From a virus, in the IMG/VR virus record IMGVR_UViG_3300027801_002586, positions 1-64,000 of that record: a stretch of DNA of 64,000 bases; one strand, written 5' to 3'. The notes below the pieces were generated by a model. It was not told the origin of the DNA, made no database searches, and worked only from the letters and a program-made list of their open reading frames with translations. Positions 48,072 through 59,343 of this stretch are shown here, piece after piece. Each line of letters begins with the position of its first letter. The stretch's first letter is position 1. A program made the translations under genes and the position numbers.

Positions 48072-48707
48072 ATGCCTTTAACGTATGAACAGGCTAAGAG
48101 TAAAGATTTTTATCGCAATGTACAAGATGCGGATGAACAAAAACATTTAAAAGCCGTTGAAGAAGAAAAGAATAGAGCTGCAATAAGTGGTTCTGCAATT
48201 GATGCTTTAAATCCGTTACGAGATGAAAATGGTTTCTTGTTATCTTACGAGGACCCAAAAAAACCAGGACAAACTTTAACGGAAGATTATCAATATGTTC
48301 GACTCAATGTTGAGCAAAAATCTGCAACAACGGGAGATACGATTAGACACTTCGGGGATGATTTACAATTTTTAGAAATTATGCCGAGGGAAATCGAAGA
48401 ACCAATTATGACTGAAGCAGAACTCAACTTGATGAAAACAGATTTAAGAAGTAAAATAGAAGAGCAAGATATACTCAATCAAACATTAGATGTAACTATG
48501 AAACAATTACAAAATTCAATTGCAGTTACGAATGAACTTCCAGAGCCATATCCAAATGTGGAAGAAGAACTTGCAAATATTCAAGCGAACAAAGAAGAAA
48601 TTAGTGAACGAGCTAAAAATGCTAGTGGATTACTTGATAGTGAGAAACAAGGTAAAAAATCTGCAGATGCAGTTGCAGATATATTAGCAAAAACGACTGG
48701 GGATTAA
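48072..48707 (+). CDS. Hypothetical coiled-coil protein
   Basis: Context. Confidence 0.55.
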   Translation: MPLTYEQAKSKDFYRNVQDADEQKHLKAVEEEKNRAAISGSAIDALNPLRDENGFLLSYEDPKKPGQTLTEDYQYVRLNVEQKSATTGDTIRHFGDDLQFLEIMPREIEEPIMTEAELNLMKTDLRSKIEEQDILNQTLDVTMKQLQNSIAVTNELPEPYPNVEEELANIQANKEEISERAKNASGLLDSEKQGKKSADAVADILAKTTGD

Positions 48708-48710
48708 TGA

Positions 48711-51700
48711 ATGTTACAATTTGGCTTAACTGAAAAAGATAGAGAACAATTAGAATATCCAAAAAGATTGTTTAGTGGTTTTGGTAGAGACCCTAATGAT
48801 TTTATACATTTCTATGTCTATGATATGGAAGATACATTATTGGAAGATGATATTCTTAGTACGGGTGATGTATTATTCCGTAATGATAATACAATTGATT
48901 TAGATATTGGTGGCCACATCAGAGATTTAGGATATGATTCAGGTGAGTTCAAAGTAAAGTATCTTTTCCTTAGAAGATTAGCTGGACAAAAGAAAACCAT
49001 TATGGTGAACGATGAGGGATACATCAATATGGGAAAAATATCCACTAAGGTTATCAATGGCAAAACAAGATTTTTCAAAGGTGGGGAAACACCAACAAAT
49101 CAAACTTTAGAAGAGTTATATGCAAAAGAAATGAAATATGTGGTGAAAGAAGTTTCACCATCAAAAAATGAAGTAAAGGTAGATATTCAATTAATTAATA
49201 ATATACCATATCGTAAGAATTTTGCTGGTATAAATAAAGATTTTGTTTATGTTCCGAATAGAAAAGGTGGTTCTGGTGCTGGGACAATCAGATTTGACAA
49301 AACTGATGGTAATGTTTTAATACTTACTCCTGGACAATCCGAAAGAGGGTTCACAGATGCTATGGTGGGTGGTGATATTATTATTAAGGGTATGTATGAA
49401 TACACATTAACCGAAACTAAAATGGTAGAGATTAAGGTTAAGAAAGAAACTCAAGTTTTAGTTGATAAGGGAAATAGAAATTCTCCAAGACCTAAGGATA
49501 AAAAAGTATTATTCAATGATATTGTAAAAACTACTATCGATAAAGAACCTGTTGCAGTACGAGAAATATTAGAAGCAACACCCGGTCCTGACCAAGATTA
49601 CGAAGATTATAGAGATAATGATGAGTATGGAAGTGTTTGTTTTACTGGGGATACAAAAATTAAATTAAGTAATAATCGTACCATTCCAATCAAGATGATG
49701 AGACCTGGTATGAAAGTTAAAACCGAACAAGGTTACGCAAAAGTATTAAAGGTAGTTAAGGATAATCGACCTTATGGAGATAAATTAGTTCGTTACAAAA
49801 ATCTTACCACTACAGACCATCACCCAATTAAACATCAAGGTAAATGGTACTTAGCAAATGAAGTTGGTACTGAGTTTAAAGCTGGAGCATTAGATGTTTG
49901 GAATCTAATACTGGATAAACATCATACTATTATTGCTAATAATGTAACATCTGCAACACTTGGTAAGTGGAATAGTATTACTCATTTCTTAGAGAATAGA
50001 GATAAAAGAATTAATATGTTAAGATTATCTGAAGATTTTGAAGATAGTGGTGGAGGCGGTTCAAGTACCACAGTCAATACTGATAATTCTGCTGAAGAAG
50101 TACTTGCAGAAGTAATTAATAACATACCAGAAGATGAAAATGTTCCGGCAGATAGACTTCCGGCATCACCACTTGAACCAGATAACGAATATATTGTTGA
50201 TGAAAGACCAAGACCAATTACAAAAGAAATAATTGAAGATTTTGCTACTGATGAAGAGTCTATTCTAAAATTTAAAACTGTCGTAACATTTGAAAACGAA
50301 TTAGTTCCAATTGATGTGTTCACTCAAGTACCCATTGATTTTACAGCTAAGGTTGTTGAGATAATGGATTATAATAGAATAAGAGTTGATACTTCATATG
50401 AAGAAGGAGCAAATAAAGCAGACCATAGTGGTGAAGATAGATTTAATGATGTATTCACCGATATGTTTTTAACTTTTAGAAAAAATAAAGTAACCAGATT
50501 AAATACTTACATGGTTACTAAAGAGGGGTATCACTTATGTATAAATGTACTTGATGCACCCAAATCATCAGTTCCTGATAGTGATAAGAAATTACCGATA
50601 CGTGATGTGGCAGATAGAACTGCACGATATATTAAAACATATTCACCATTACCAGAAACGATTGAGAAAAATGATTTAGTTTATTTCGTAGAAGAAAAAA
50701 TGGAGCCATATGAAGATATGGTAAAATTAACAAAGTTTGTAGAAGAAACTCCTGAAGTATTATTTTTAAGAGTTCCAAATTTAAACTCAACAACAAATCC
50801 AATCAATTTTAGAAGTACTAATTATAAAAAGTATGATGATTTAATTGGAACTGATACACAAGTTCAGGAAGATATTACAAATTATATTCATTCAAGTAGT
50901 TTATTAGATGTGCAATTATCAATTGATTATTCTAAACGAACTGATGCAATTGGTTTAGACCGAACGGATTATGGGTTTGGAAACTTTATTAACTTTGGTG
51001 GAGCAGAAAATAGACTACGAAATTTTAAAAAGAAAATAACATTAATAGAGGGATATAAAACAGATTCACATAATTTAATAAACATATCTTCGTCAGCAGA
51101 TACACGAGCTAGTATAAATATGAAGAAACGTCAAGTGGTAAATAGTTTCGACCCATATGAAAATTATCTATATACTGTCTCATCAAGTTACGCTACAAGT
51201 TCAGTTGGTGAATATTATACTGCCTCATGGCCTAAGACAAGTGGTTCAAGAGCAGATGGTACAGACTTTACGTTAGAACATACAAGTGGTTCAACATTCA
51301 CTACTTGGTTTGATACTTGGACTGGATATGCAAAAGAATTTGATACTTATAACCAAAATAGTTTAGTAAATAATTTACCACTTCATGTGGCGAGTGATAC
51401 AGAGAATAAAGTATTCTTAGATTTTATGGATATGACTGGACAACAATTTGATGAGATATGGTCTTATATTAGACACTTCACGGATATAAATGAAAAGAGT
51501 AATAAATTATCAGAGGGCATTTCAAAAGATATAGTTCGCGAAGTAGCGAAGAGTATGGGATTTGAAGTTGATAGCGGAAATGATTTAGTTATCTTACCCG
51601 AATACTTGTTAGGTAAAACCGCAGATGGTGCAGATAAATATGAATCACCACAAGAAGAATTAACCGAAGAGATATGGAAACGAATTTTAGCTAATATGCC

Positions 51701-53729
51701 GTTCTTTATGAAGAACAAGGGTAACCAACGAGCGATGAAAGGGTTGATAAATTGTTATGGTATTCCAAGTTCAATACTAAGAATCCGAGAGTATGGTGGA
51801 CCAGATTTAAATGATAGTGTTAGTTATGAAATAAAACGAAAATTTAGTTATGCTGCGGATTTTAAATCGAGTGAGTATTTAAAATTCCCTTGGCAAGATG
51901 ATGGTACGAGTGGAATTAAACCAGAAACTATAGAATTTAGATTTAGAGCACCCACTTCAAAGGATATGACAATTGTTCAGAAAGGTGTTGGTAATCATAG
52001 TTTTGCAATTCAATTACAAGATAACGGAGCAACCGATTCTTATGGTAAGTTAAGATTTAGTGTATCTGCATCAACAGGTATTCAATTTATGACATCATCA
52101 CTACAACCATTTTATAATAATGATATGTGGAGTGTGATGTTAACACGAGTATCACAGAGTGGATTAGATTTAGTAACAGATGCAAACGCACAAGATATAA
52201 CATATCAGTTAACATCAAAACAATATGATGCTACAAGGCAAGTTATTTTATATCAAACAAGTGAGAGTGTAAGTATAGATGGAAATGCTTCTGCTGGAGC
52301 AGCATTTAATAATGCGTTCCATACTGATGGTACATTTTATATAGGTGGTAACGGAGAATTTGGTACAAGGTTTAGTGGTTCAATGATGGAGTTTAGATTG
52401 TGGAGTGAACCATTATCACAAAGTGTATTTGATAATCATGTCCAAGCACCAAAAAGTTATAATGGTAATACTACAAGTTCTGCTTATGATAATATGATAT
52501 TTAGATTACCAATAAATGATAATACTGATTTAAATACTTTACCAGAATCGGTAGATGATAAATCATATAAAACATCTTATCATACAAGTGCAAGTGCAGT
52601 TAACTTTAGTGGTAATCCATTTAGAAGTTTAGTAGACCAAGAAAAATTAAGAGTTCCAAACATTGGACCTCAAAGAAGAAACGCAACAAAGATTAGAAGT
52701 GAGGCAACTAAACTAAGTGGTAACTTATCATCAAACATTAGAGTTGAACAGTCATCAATGGATTTTGCACCAACAGATAGTAATAAACTTGGTATATTCT
52801 TTTCACCTACTGATGTAGTGAATGAAGATATAATGTATTCCTTAGCAGATATAAACCTTGATAATGAAATTGGTGACCCAAGAGACCAATATGCTGATAC
52901 CTATCGAGGATTAGAGAGAGTACAGCGAGAGTATTGGAAAAAGTATAGTCGTTCAAATAACTTTTGGGATTATATGAGAATCATAACTTTCTTTGATGGA
53001 AGTATTTGGAGTCAATTAAGGAATATGGTCCCAGCAAGAACAAATGCAACACTTGGTTTATTAATAGAACCAAATATTTTAGAGAGAAGTAAACAGGTAG
53101 TGGGTAAAGTACCAAGTTTCGAAAATACATATTATGAAAATGCTAATCAATTTGGAGATGGAATACAATTATCAAGTAGGTTAAGTAGTTCTGCAGCACC
53201 TAATCCATTTACACTTTCGGGTACATTACCTTTATATGAGGGTGAAATTAATTTATATACAATGGATAGTGGTTCAATTGGAATACTTGGGAATCCAACA
53301 TTAAATAAGATAGCAGAGATAGACCCAAGAACACCATTCCAATCACTTTATGCAACAGCAAGTATTACATTCGGTGATATAGATATAACATTTGAAGAAG
53401 CGGTGCAACCTTTTATCACTGCTTCAAGATTATCAGAACATAATGATATTAAAGTTCCTTACTATACGAGTTCATTATCGGATTCAATAGCAAAGGGATA
53501 TGGATATCATACAGAGTACAATGGGAATTACCAATTTAGTGCATCATACGAAAGAAGTTCATACACGAGTGTAGCACTTGATTCATCACTATTTAGGTTA
53601 TTCTATAAAGGTAGCAATTTAACAAAAAACAACACGATAGATGGATTAGACCCAGTTGAAATAACGATTACTACACCTTCAAGGTTGGTAACACAAGAAC
53701 CTGGTGATTCTAAATTAAAAGTAGAGTAA
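48711..53729 (+). CDS. Large baseplate/tail protein with internal Hint domain and LamG-like domain
   Basis: FMDMTGQQFDEIW, KGNQRAMKGLINCYG wedge-like segment; CFTGDT...HHPI...VWNL Hint; FSGSMMEFRLWSEPL LamG. Confidence 0.75.
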   Translation: MLQFGLTEKDREQLEYPKRLFSGFGRDPNDFIHFYVYDMEDTLLEDDILSTGDVLFRNDNTIDLDIGGHIRDLGYDSGEFKVKYLFLRRLAGQKKTIMVNDEGYINMGKISTKVINGKTRFFKGGETPTNQTLEELYAKEMKYVVKEVSPSKNEVKVDIQLINNIPYRKNFAGINKDFVYVPNRKGGSGAGTIRFDKTDGNVLILTPGQSERGFTDAMVGGDIIIKGMYEYTLTETKMVEIKVKKETQVLVDKGNRNSPRPKDKKVLFNDIVKTTIDKEPVAVREILEATPGPDQDYEDYRDNDEYGSVCFTGDTKIKLSNNRTIPIKMMRPGMKVKTEQGYAKVLKVVKDNRPYGDKLVRYKNLTTTDHHPIKHQGKWYLANEVGTEFKAGALDVWNLILDKHHTIIANNVTSATLGKWNSITHFLENRDKRINMLRLSEDFEDSGGGGSSTTVNTDNSAEEVLAEVINNIPEDENVPADRLPASPLEPDNEYIVDERPRPITKEIIEDFATDEESILKFKTVVTFENELVPIDVFTQVPIDFTAKVVEIMDYNRIRVDTSYEEGANKADHSGEDRFNDVFTDMFLTFRKNKVTRLNTYMVTKEGYHLCINVLDAPKSSVPDSDKKLPIRDVADRTARYIKTYSPLPETIEKNDLVYFVEEKMEPYEDMVKLTKFVEETPEVLFLRVPNLNSTTNPINFRSTNYKKYDDLIGTDTQVQEDITNYIHSSSLLDVQLSIDYSKRTDAIGLDRTDYGFGNFINFGGAENRLRNFKKKITLIEGYKTDSHNLINISSSADTRASINMKKRQVVNSFDPYENYLYTVSSSYATSSVGEYYTASWPKTSGSRADGTDFTLEHTSGSTFTTWFDTWTGYAKEFDTYNQNSLVNNLPLHVASDTENKVFLDFMDMTGQQFDEIWSYIRHFTDINEKSNKLSEGISKDIVREVAKSMGFEVDSGNDLVILPEYLLGKTADGADKYESPQEELTEEIWKRILANMPFFMKNKGNQRAMKGLINCYGIPSSILRIREYGGPDLNDSVSYEIKRKFSYAADFKSSEYLKFPWQDDGTSGIKPETIEFRFRAPTSKDMTIVQKGVGNHSFAIQLQDNGATDSYGKLRFSVSASTGIQFMTSSLQPFYNNDMWSVMLTRVSQSGLDLVTDANAQDITYQLTSKQYDATRQVILYQTSESVSIDGNASAGAAFNNAFHTDGTFYIGGNGEFGTRFSGSMMEFRLWSEPLSQSVFDNHVQAPKSYNGNTTSSAYDNMIFRLPINDNTDLNTLPESVDDKSYKTSYHTSASAVNFSGNPFRSLVDQEKLRVPNIGPQRRNATKIRSEATKLSGNLSSNIRVEQSSMDFAPTDSNKLGIFFSPTDVVNEDIMYSLADINLDNEIGDPRDQYADTYRGLERVQREYWKKYSRSNNFWDYMRIITFFDGSIWSQLRNMVPARTNATLGLLIEPNILERSKQVVGKVPSFENTYYENANQFGDGIQLSSRLSSSAAPNPFTLSGTLPLYEGEINLYTMDSGSIGILGNPTLNKIAEIDPRTPFQSLYATASITFGDIDITFEEAVQPFITASRLSEHNDIKVPYYTSSLSDSIAKGYGYHTEYNGNYQFSASYERSSYTSVALDSSLFRLFYKGSNLTKNNTIDGLDPVEITITTPSRLVTQEPGDSKLKVE

Positions 53730-53797
53730 AACTTTGCATTCTTATATTTATATATGAACGCTATCCATCTTAGTTCAATTCAACAGGAGTAAAAAAA

Positions 53798-54553
53798 ATG
53801 GGATTTTTAAATAACACAAGCGTAACCGTCGATGCCGTTCTTACGAAGAAAGGTCGAGAATTACTCGCAAGAGGTCAAGACGAGTTCAAAATAACGAAAT
53901 TTGCTTTAGCAGACGATGAAATCGATTATCGTTTGTGGGATACAGCACATCCTAATGGTTCTAATTATTATGGCGCAGTGATTGAAAACATGCCGTTATT
54001 AGAAGCATTTGTAGATGAGAATCAAATATTAAGATATAAATTAGTATCTCTTCCAAAGAATACTGCGAAACTTCCTATCTTGGAAGTTCCATCACCATCA
54101 TTGGTTTTTAATGGACCTGGTATTACCCAGACCATTACACCAAATACAAGAAATGGTAGTGATGCTGAAGGTGGTTATAGTTTCGTATTACACGATGCTA
54201 CTATCGCTAACTTAACACCAGTAATCATTAGGAAGAATAAAAAGAGACGAAAGAGTAAAAAACTTAAGCTTGGAGCAGCTCAAAAATTTGGAGCAGCAGC
54301 ACTTATGAATGAATTTGATTTCATACAAAAAGAAGATATAGCAGATTTACAAATGAACACGGGTGCAACAACACCAGTATTCCTAAATGAAGAAGAGAGA
54401 AAGCGTTCAATCACTTTATCTGGACATTCAGTAAATCTTGTTTCTCGTTCAGTAACAACAGATACTTCAACCAATATAACGGTCGTGGGATTATCAACAG
54501 GTGCTACATACAATGTGGCAGTTACGATAAAAGCCGACCAGAGTACACTATAA
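53798..54553 (+). CDS. Putative virion structural protein
   Basis: DAVLTKKGRELLA...ITKFALADDEIDY resembles tail-collar/baseplate N-terminus. Confidence 0.6.
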   Translation: MGFLNNTSVTVDAVLTKKGRELLARGQDEFKITKFALADDEIDYRLWDTAHPNGSNYYGAVIENMPLLEAFVDENQILRYKLVSLPKNTAKLPILEVPSPSLVFNGPGITQTITPNTRNGSDAEGGYSFVLHDATIANLTPVIIRKNKKRRKSKKLKLGAAQKFGAAALMNEFDFIQKEDIADLQMNTGATTPVFLNEEERKRSITLSGHSVNLVSRSVTTDTSTNITVVGLSTGATYNVAVTIKADQSTL

Positions 54554-54560
54554 GGAGTAG

Positions 54561-55574
54561 ATGATGTCAGTATTTACAAGATTCGATTTTTCAAATGATG
54601 TAGTGGAAAACCAACGAGTTAAAATATCGAGTGGTATTTTTAGTGGTGGAAGTGGAACAATGACCGCATTTTATACTGCTTCTTCACAAGGACAAGTAAC
54701 AGGTTCTCACTTATCGATATATCACCAAGACCCCGCTACTAATGCTTCAACCGCAGAGATTCAATTTTCGTTGGGATATGCTCACTTTCAAGGAAGTGGT
54801 TCAGCAGGAAACACCACAAAGTTAACAACAGGTGGTAGAGATTCTGCAACAATGTATAGACAATTTTCTAATGTATTGTTACCACCACTAACAGAAAAGT
54901 TTAGTTTTTCAAGTTCGCCATCGGCATCTGAAGATTTCTACTTTGTTAGTTTTAACAGAGCACGAATGAGAGAAAAGATTGACCCTGGTAATTGGGAAAT
55001 TAAAGTTGGTACGACACACTTGATTGATGATAGTGGTGCTACAAATAATCCTACAGTCAATGAGGGTGGTAGAGTGTATAATATTGTTTCGGGTTCATTA
55101 GAGACTGGAACTGGTGTTATTAAAACTGCAGCAGCTTCACAAACTGGTGGAGCAATTGGAGCATTTTATCCTGATTTGGGGATTATATTATTAAACGCAA
55201 CACATATGGATGACGTCGCTGGAATGGGTACTGCAAGAAGTACCGATTCATTTGATGATAATCCTAAAAAGTTCTTTAATAAAATTGTAACTGGGACGAA
55301 GTTCCAAGTTCGTAGAGAAGAAGAAATTAGTTCTACTAACTTCTTTTGTAGGGTTAATAATAAAAAGTATAACTTTAGTTCTAACCCAACTTTCTTTACA
55401 GGTTCAGATGGAGCTATGACAAACTCAACATTCTTTAAAGACCCTAAAGTGTACATTACACAAGTTGGACTTTATAATGAAGATAATGAGTTGTTGGCAG
55501 TTGCAAAATTAAGTAAACCAATATTAAAATCATATTCAAGAGAAGCTATTATAAAAGTAAAACTTGACTTCTAA
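54561..55574 (+). CDS. Putative virion structural protein
   Basis: C-terminal YITQVGLYNEDNELLAVAKLSKP. Confidence 0.6.
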   Translation: MMSVFTRFDFSNDVVENQRVKISSGIFSGGSGTMTAFYTASSQGQVTGSHLSIYHQDPATNASTAEIQFSLGYAHFQGSGSAGNTTKLTTGGRDSATMYRQFSNVLLPPLTEKFSFSSSPSASEDFYFVSFNRARMREKIDPGNWEIKVGTTHLIDDSGATNNPTVNEGGRVYNIVSGSLETGTGVIKTAAASQTGGAIGAFYPDLGIILLNATHMDDVAGMGTARSTDSFDDNPKKFFNKIVTGTKFQVRREEEISSTNFFCRVNNKKYNFSSNPTFFTGSDGAMTNSTFFKDPKVYITQVGLYNEDNELLAVAKLSKPILKSYSREAIIKVKLDF

Positions 55575-55586
55575 AGGGGAAGGATA

Positions 55587-56594
55587 ATGTTAAAAAACAT
55601 TGACCCGTCCGATAAGTCAATCAAACCTTTTAAAGTTTTTAAAAACTTCACTCTCACTAATATTAGTAGTGGGAGTGGACATTTAACTTTAAAAGCAGTT
55701 AGTGGTTCTATTCATAATTTTATGACTGGGTCTGCCGCTTCACAAAGTTTCGGTAGATATGTCCACGCAAGTGGTGGTTTTGAATTTGGAACATATTATG
55801 ATATTCCAAATTACTTTATGATTAAAAACTTATATTATGAAAATGATGAACCTTTAAGGACATTCGGAAGTAACAATTACAAAAAAACTAAAAAAGTATT
55901 AGGTGGTAGTGCACGAGTATTTACTATCCCACGAAACTTATTTGGTGAAAAAGTAAAGCCGGGTAGTATCCAAATGGATGTAACTACTGGTGGAGTTACC
56001 TATGATTTAAGAGATGATGGTGATGGTAATATTTATGATTACAATTACTCATCAAGTTTTGCAGCGTACAAATCATCATCATGGGATTATGATAAAGCGG
56101 ATGCAAACGGAAGTGGTTCTCAAGTAGGAAACGCTTTTTACGAGCATGGTGTGATAGTAATCACAGATACAGGTTCATTATGGAATGCTGGAACTGATAC
56201 TGGACACGATTTAAAATATAAATCTACACAAACAATATACGAATATGAATATATTGTTACGTTAGAACCAAACGAATATAATGCCACAACAAACATAAGT
56301 ACAACATTTGAACGGAGTGGTAGTATATCTATAGGAAAGGGTAGTAAAAATATTTCACAATTCTTTCCACCTAACTCAGACCCTACAGGACATGGGACTG
56401 GGAGTTATAAAGATGAATATAATGCAGCAGTAAAATACGAGGGATTTGTAACACATTCAGATTTCGAACCTTATTTAACAACAGTCGGTTTGTATAATGA
56501 TAATAATGAATTATTGGTAGTTGGTAAATTAGCCAAACCAGTAAGGTTATCTAAAGAGACACAAACTTCAATAGTTGTTAGATTTGATGTTTAA
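55587..56594 (+). CDS. Putative virion structural protein, paralog of preceding gene
   Basis: IKPGS..DDG.GN, YLTTVGLYNDNNELLVVGKLAKP. Confidence 0.6.
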   Translation: MLKNIDPSDKSIKPFKVFKNFTLTNISSGSGHLTLKAVSGSIHNFMTGSAASQSFGRYVHASGGFEFGTYYDIPNYFMIKNLYYENDEPLRTFGSNNYKKTKKVLGGSARVFTIPRNLFGEKVKPGSIQMDVTTGGVTYDLRDDGDGNIYDYNYSSSFAAYKSSSWDYDKADANGSGSQVGNAFYEHGVIVITDTGSLWNAGTDTGHDLKYKSTQTIYEYEYIVTLEPNEYNATTNISTTFERSGSISIGKGSKNISQFFPPNSDPTGHGTGSYKDEYNAAVKYEGFVTHSDFEPYLTTVGLYNDNNELLVVGKLAKPVRLSKETQTSIVVRFDV

Positions 56595-56706
56595 TTTATA
56601 AATATATTATATTTATTATAGGAACAGACATTCCCACATATATCCGTTAGCATACCCGCGACCGGAAGGTTAATACAGATAGAATAACACATTACTGGAG
56701 TTTTGA

Positions 56707-59337
56707 ATGTTTAATAAATATTTAAAGTCTATGGTTCTATTATTGGTACTTTCCCTTTCGTGGGCACAAGAGCCAATAATTCGAATCAAGCAAACAGGTG
56801 AATATAATTTACCAAAAACTTGGTGGAGAGACTCAGATACTTTCCAACTACAGACATATCTTGCGGATGATACAAATAATCCCGCTTTATATAACAATAA
56901 CTTTGATGCATTTAGAGATAGTGTACTGACTATGGAAGTTACACTTGATGATAATGGTGCAGATATTACTGCATTCAGATTAGATATAATCTTTGATAAT
57001 GATTTAATCGATTGGGACCACAATGATACTGAAGTAATAAAAGGTTCTCACTTATCAGCTGCAACCGAGGGAGATTCTACAGCGGGTGCGGATTACTCAT
57101 ATGAAGTAGTTCATTATTCTGATGTTGGGTATATAGATTCAATTCAAACTGCAAATAGTGAAATATCAGAAGCGAATGCACGATATGATTGGTTAAGAAT
57201 TACTATGGTATCACACAACGGAAACACTTTTAAGTTTGGTGGTGGTAATGGTGTACAGAAACAATTAATAAAATTAAATTTTAAAATAGATGATGTGGTG
57301 GATAATTTTCAACCACAATCATTTAGAATACCAACACTTTATAGTGGTGGAATGGGGTACTACACTTACGCTTCAGACGACTATCTATTAGATTACAAGG
57401 TTTACATCGATGGTAACTGGGGAACAGAAGAAACTTATGATGGTGGAGCTCGTGGAGATATTTCACTTCATCCAAAACTTTTAGATGTTGAGGGATTCTT
57501 TAGATACGCTCAACGTAATGGTACTGATGATGATAAAACTTATCCATATTGGAAAATTAAATTTGAATTGGATGCTAGTAATCCGTCAAGTTATTCCACT
57601 TGGTATAATATAGAAGGCATACCTAATGATGTAAATACTGCAGATGAGGATTTATCCGATGATGTAATTGGTGACCATACTTCTACATTTTGGTATGATG
57701 ATAAATCTACAACTGCAATGCAAACTTTACCAGGTGAGGGATTCTTAGGAATTAGTTATTATGATTCGACATATACAGATGATAGAGGATATTTTAATAT
57801 TCAATTACCACGAAACAATTATTATCGTGTTTCATTTTTCCCACCAGATGCTGAGGATAATATAGAAACTCATACTCAACTCGAACTTGATAGGTACGCA
57901 ATTACTAATCTTAATGATGCAATTGCCTCATTCAATTTTCAGTCTAATAAATTTAAATCCGTAGTGGGAGTTGATACTTTAAATTCAGTTGAATACTTTA
58001 TCGGAGATGTTGATGGAGATGATGTATTTCAATTAAATGACTCATATTTTTTATGGGCATATACATCACAGATACTTGAAAACTACACTCACTTAAATGG
58101 AAACTCTTACGAGAATTGGGGTACGATAGATACTTTAAGAGAAAATAATCAACCATTTCCTTATGTTTGGTATGAGAGTTTAGGAGCACAGAAGTATGAA
58201 TTTACAGTCTTTCCTGATGCAGATTTTGACCAAAGTGCAACATTACAATTTGGACAGATAGAAGTTATCAACCCACTTATGAATACAATTCAGACTGGAT
58301 TAGATACATTAAGTTTAAACTTAGGTGCAGGTATATCTACATATGGTAGTGATGCTAATCCAGATGTTACACTTCCTGATTGGGCATATTTCTTTACAGG
58401 AGATATTAATGCAACTGGTACTAAAGTTGATGAAACAGATGGTGATGGATACATTAATGTAAACGGAAATACATTTTATAGATGGGGCAGTGGTACTGCA
58501 CCAGGTACTTGGGCAAATAAAATTGTATCATCTACACCCGATGTGTTTTTTACAATGCCAGCAGATTCAACTGTCAGGGTTCAAAGTGGTGACCAAATAG
58601 AAGTTCCATTATATATTACACCTGAACAATTAAAAGCAATTCAAGTTGCTGGATTTGAGTTTGAAGTAGAGTTTAATACTAATCAATTAAAATTTATAGA
58701 TATGAAAACGGATGTTCTTCCAGGCCCATGGTTTACTTATGTAAACGTACATGAAGCAGATGATATTGGGTATCAGAAAGTTTCCTTTGGTGGTATGGAT
58801 TACTCACCAGGTAACGCACCTGAAACGTATTGGATAGATGAACCAATGATTGCGTTGAATATGATTTTTCAAGCAAACTTTCCAGATTCGGAATGGACTG
58901 AAGCAGATGTGCAATTCGTAGGAAAGTATTCCGCGGGAGACCCAAGTGGTAATGACTTATTAGTAGATAGACAAGATGGTAAAGTATTGGTATGGAATAA
59001 GTATTGGGCATTCGGTGGTGGTGAACCAAACGATGATGAACTAACTTATAACTATCCAAATCCATTTGATGAAACTACTAAGTTCCAGTTCTTTGTAGAT
59101 GAACTAACCGATGTAAAGATATACATATTAAATTCAATGGGACAATATGTAGGTACATTATTAGATGAATCAGTTTCACAAGGTATTCATACATTTGATT
59201 TTAATAACCAACCAAGTGTTTGGTTACCTGAAGAAAGTGTTTATCAACAACACCAATCGTTAGAACCAGGTGTTTATATATTTGTTCTTGAGACAGATAA
59301 GAGAATTAAAGCAAACAAATTCACGGTCGTGAAATAG
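56707..59337 (+). CDS. Secreted protein with cohesin-like/dockerin-like domains and T9SS type A C-terminal sorting domain
   Basis: Signal peptide ..SLSWA|QE; GDVDGDDVFQLND; NYPNPF...IYILNSMGQ.V..L...GVYIFVL....K..VVK. Confidence 0.8.
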   Translation: MFNKYLKSMVLLLVLSLSWAQEPIIRIKQTGEYNLPKTWWRDSDTFQLQTYLADDTNNPALYNNNFDAFRDSVLTMEVTLDDNGADITAFRLDIIFDNDLIDWDHNDTEVIKGSHLSAATEGDSTAGADYSYEVVHYSDVGYIDSIQTANSEISEANARYDWLRITMVSHNGNTFKFGGGNGVQKQLIKLNFKIDDVVDNFQPQSFRIPTLYSGGMGYYTYASDDYLLDYKVYIDGNWGTEETYDGGARGDISLHPKLLDVEGFFRYAQRNGTDDDKTYPYWKIKFELDASNPSSYSTWYNIEGIPNDVNTADEDLSDDVIGDHTSTFWYDDKSTTAMQTLPGEGFLGISYYDSTYTDDRGYFNIQLPRNNYYRVSFFPPDAEDNIETHTQLELDRYAITNLNDAIASFNFQSNKFKSVVGVDTLNSVEYFIGDVDGDDVFQLNDSYFLWAYTSQILENYTHLNGNSYENWGTIDTLRENNQPFPYVWYESLGAQKYEFTVFPDADFDQSATLQFGQIEVINPLMNTIQTGLDTLSLNLGAGISTYGSDANPDVTLPDWAYFFTGDINATGTKVDETDGDGYINVNGNTFYRWGSGTAPGTWANKIVSSTPDVFFTMPADSTVRVQSGDQIEVPLYITPEQLKAIQVAGFEFEVEFNTNQLKFIDMKTDVLPGPWFTYVNVHEADDIGYQKVSFGGMDYSPGNAPETYWIDEPMIALNMIFQANFPDSEWTEADVQFVGKYSAGDPSGNDLLVDRQDGKVLVWNKYWAFGGGEPNDDELTYNYPNPFDETTKFQFFVDELTDVKIYILNSMGQYVGTLLDESVSQGIHTFDFNNQPSVWLPEESVYQQHQSLEPGVYIFVLETDKRIKANKFTVVK

Positions 59338-59343
59338 GAAGAG

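Noticed and set aside
49638-49970. Canonical splicing intein
   Set aside because: No terminal His-Asn followed by Cys/Ser/Thr at the Hint end and no endonuclease domain
42344-56594. Bacterial extracellular contractile injection system
   Set aside because: Surrounding tRNAs, phoH, early promoters and single-strand gene packing indicate a phage genome
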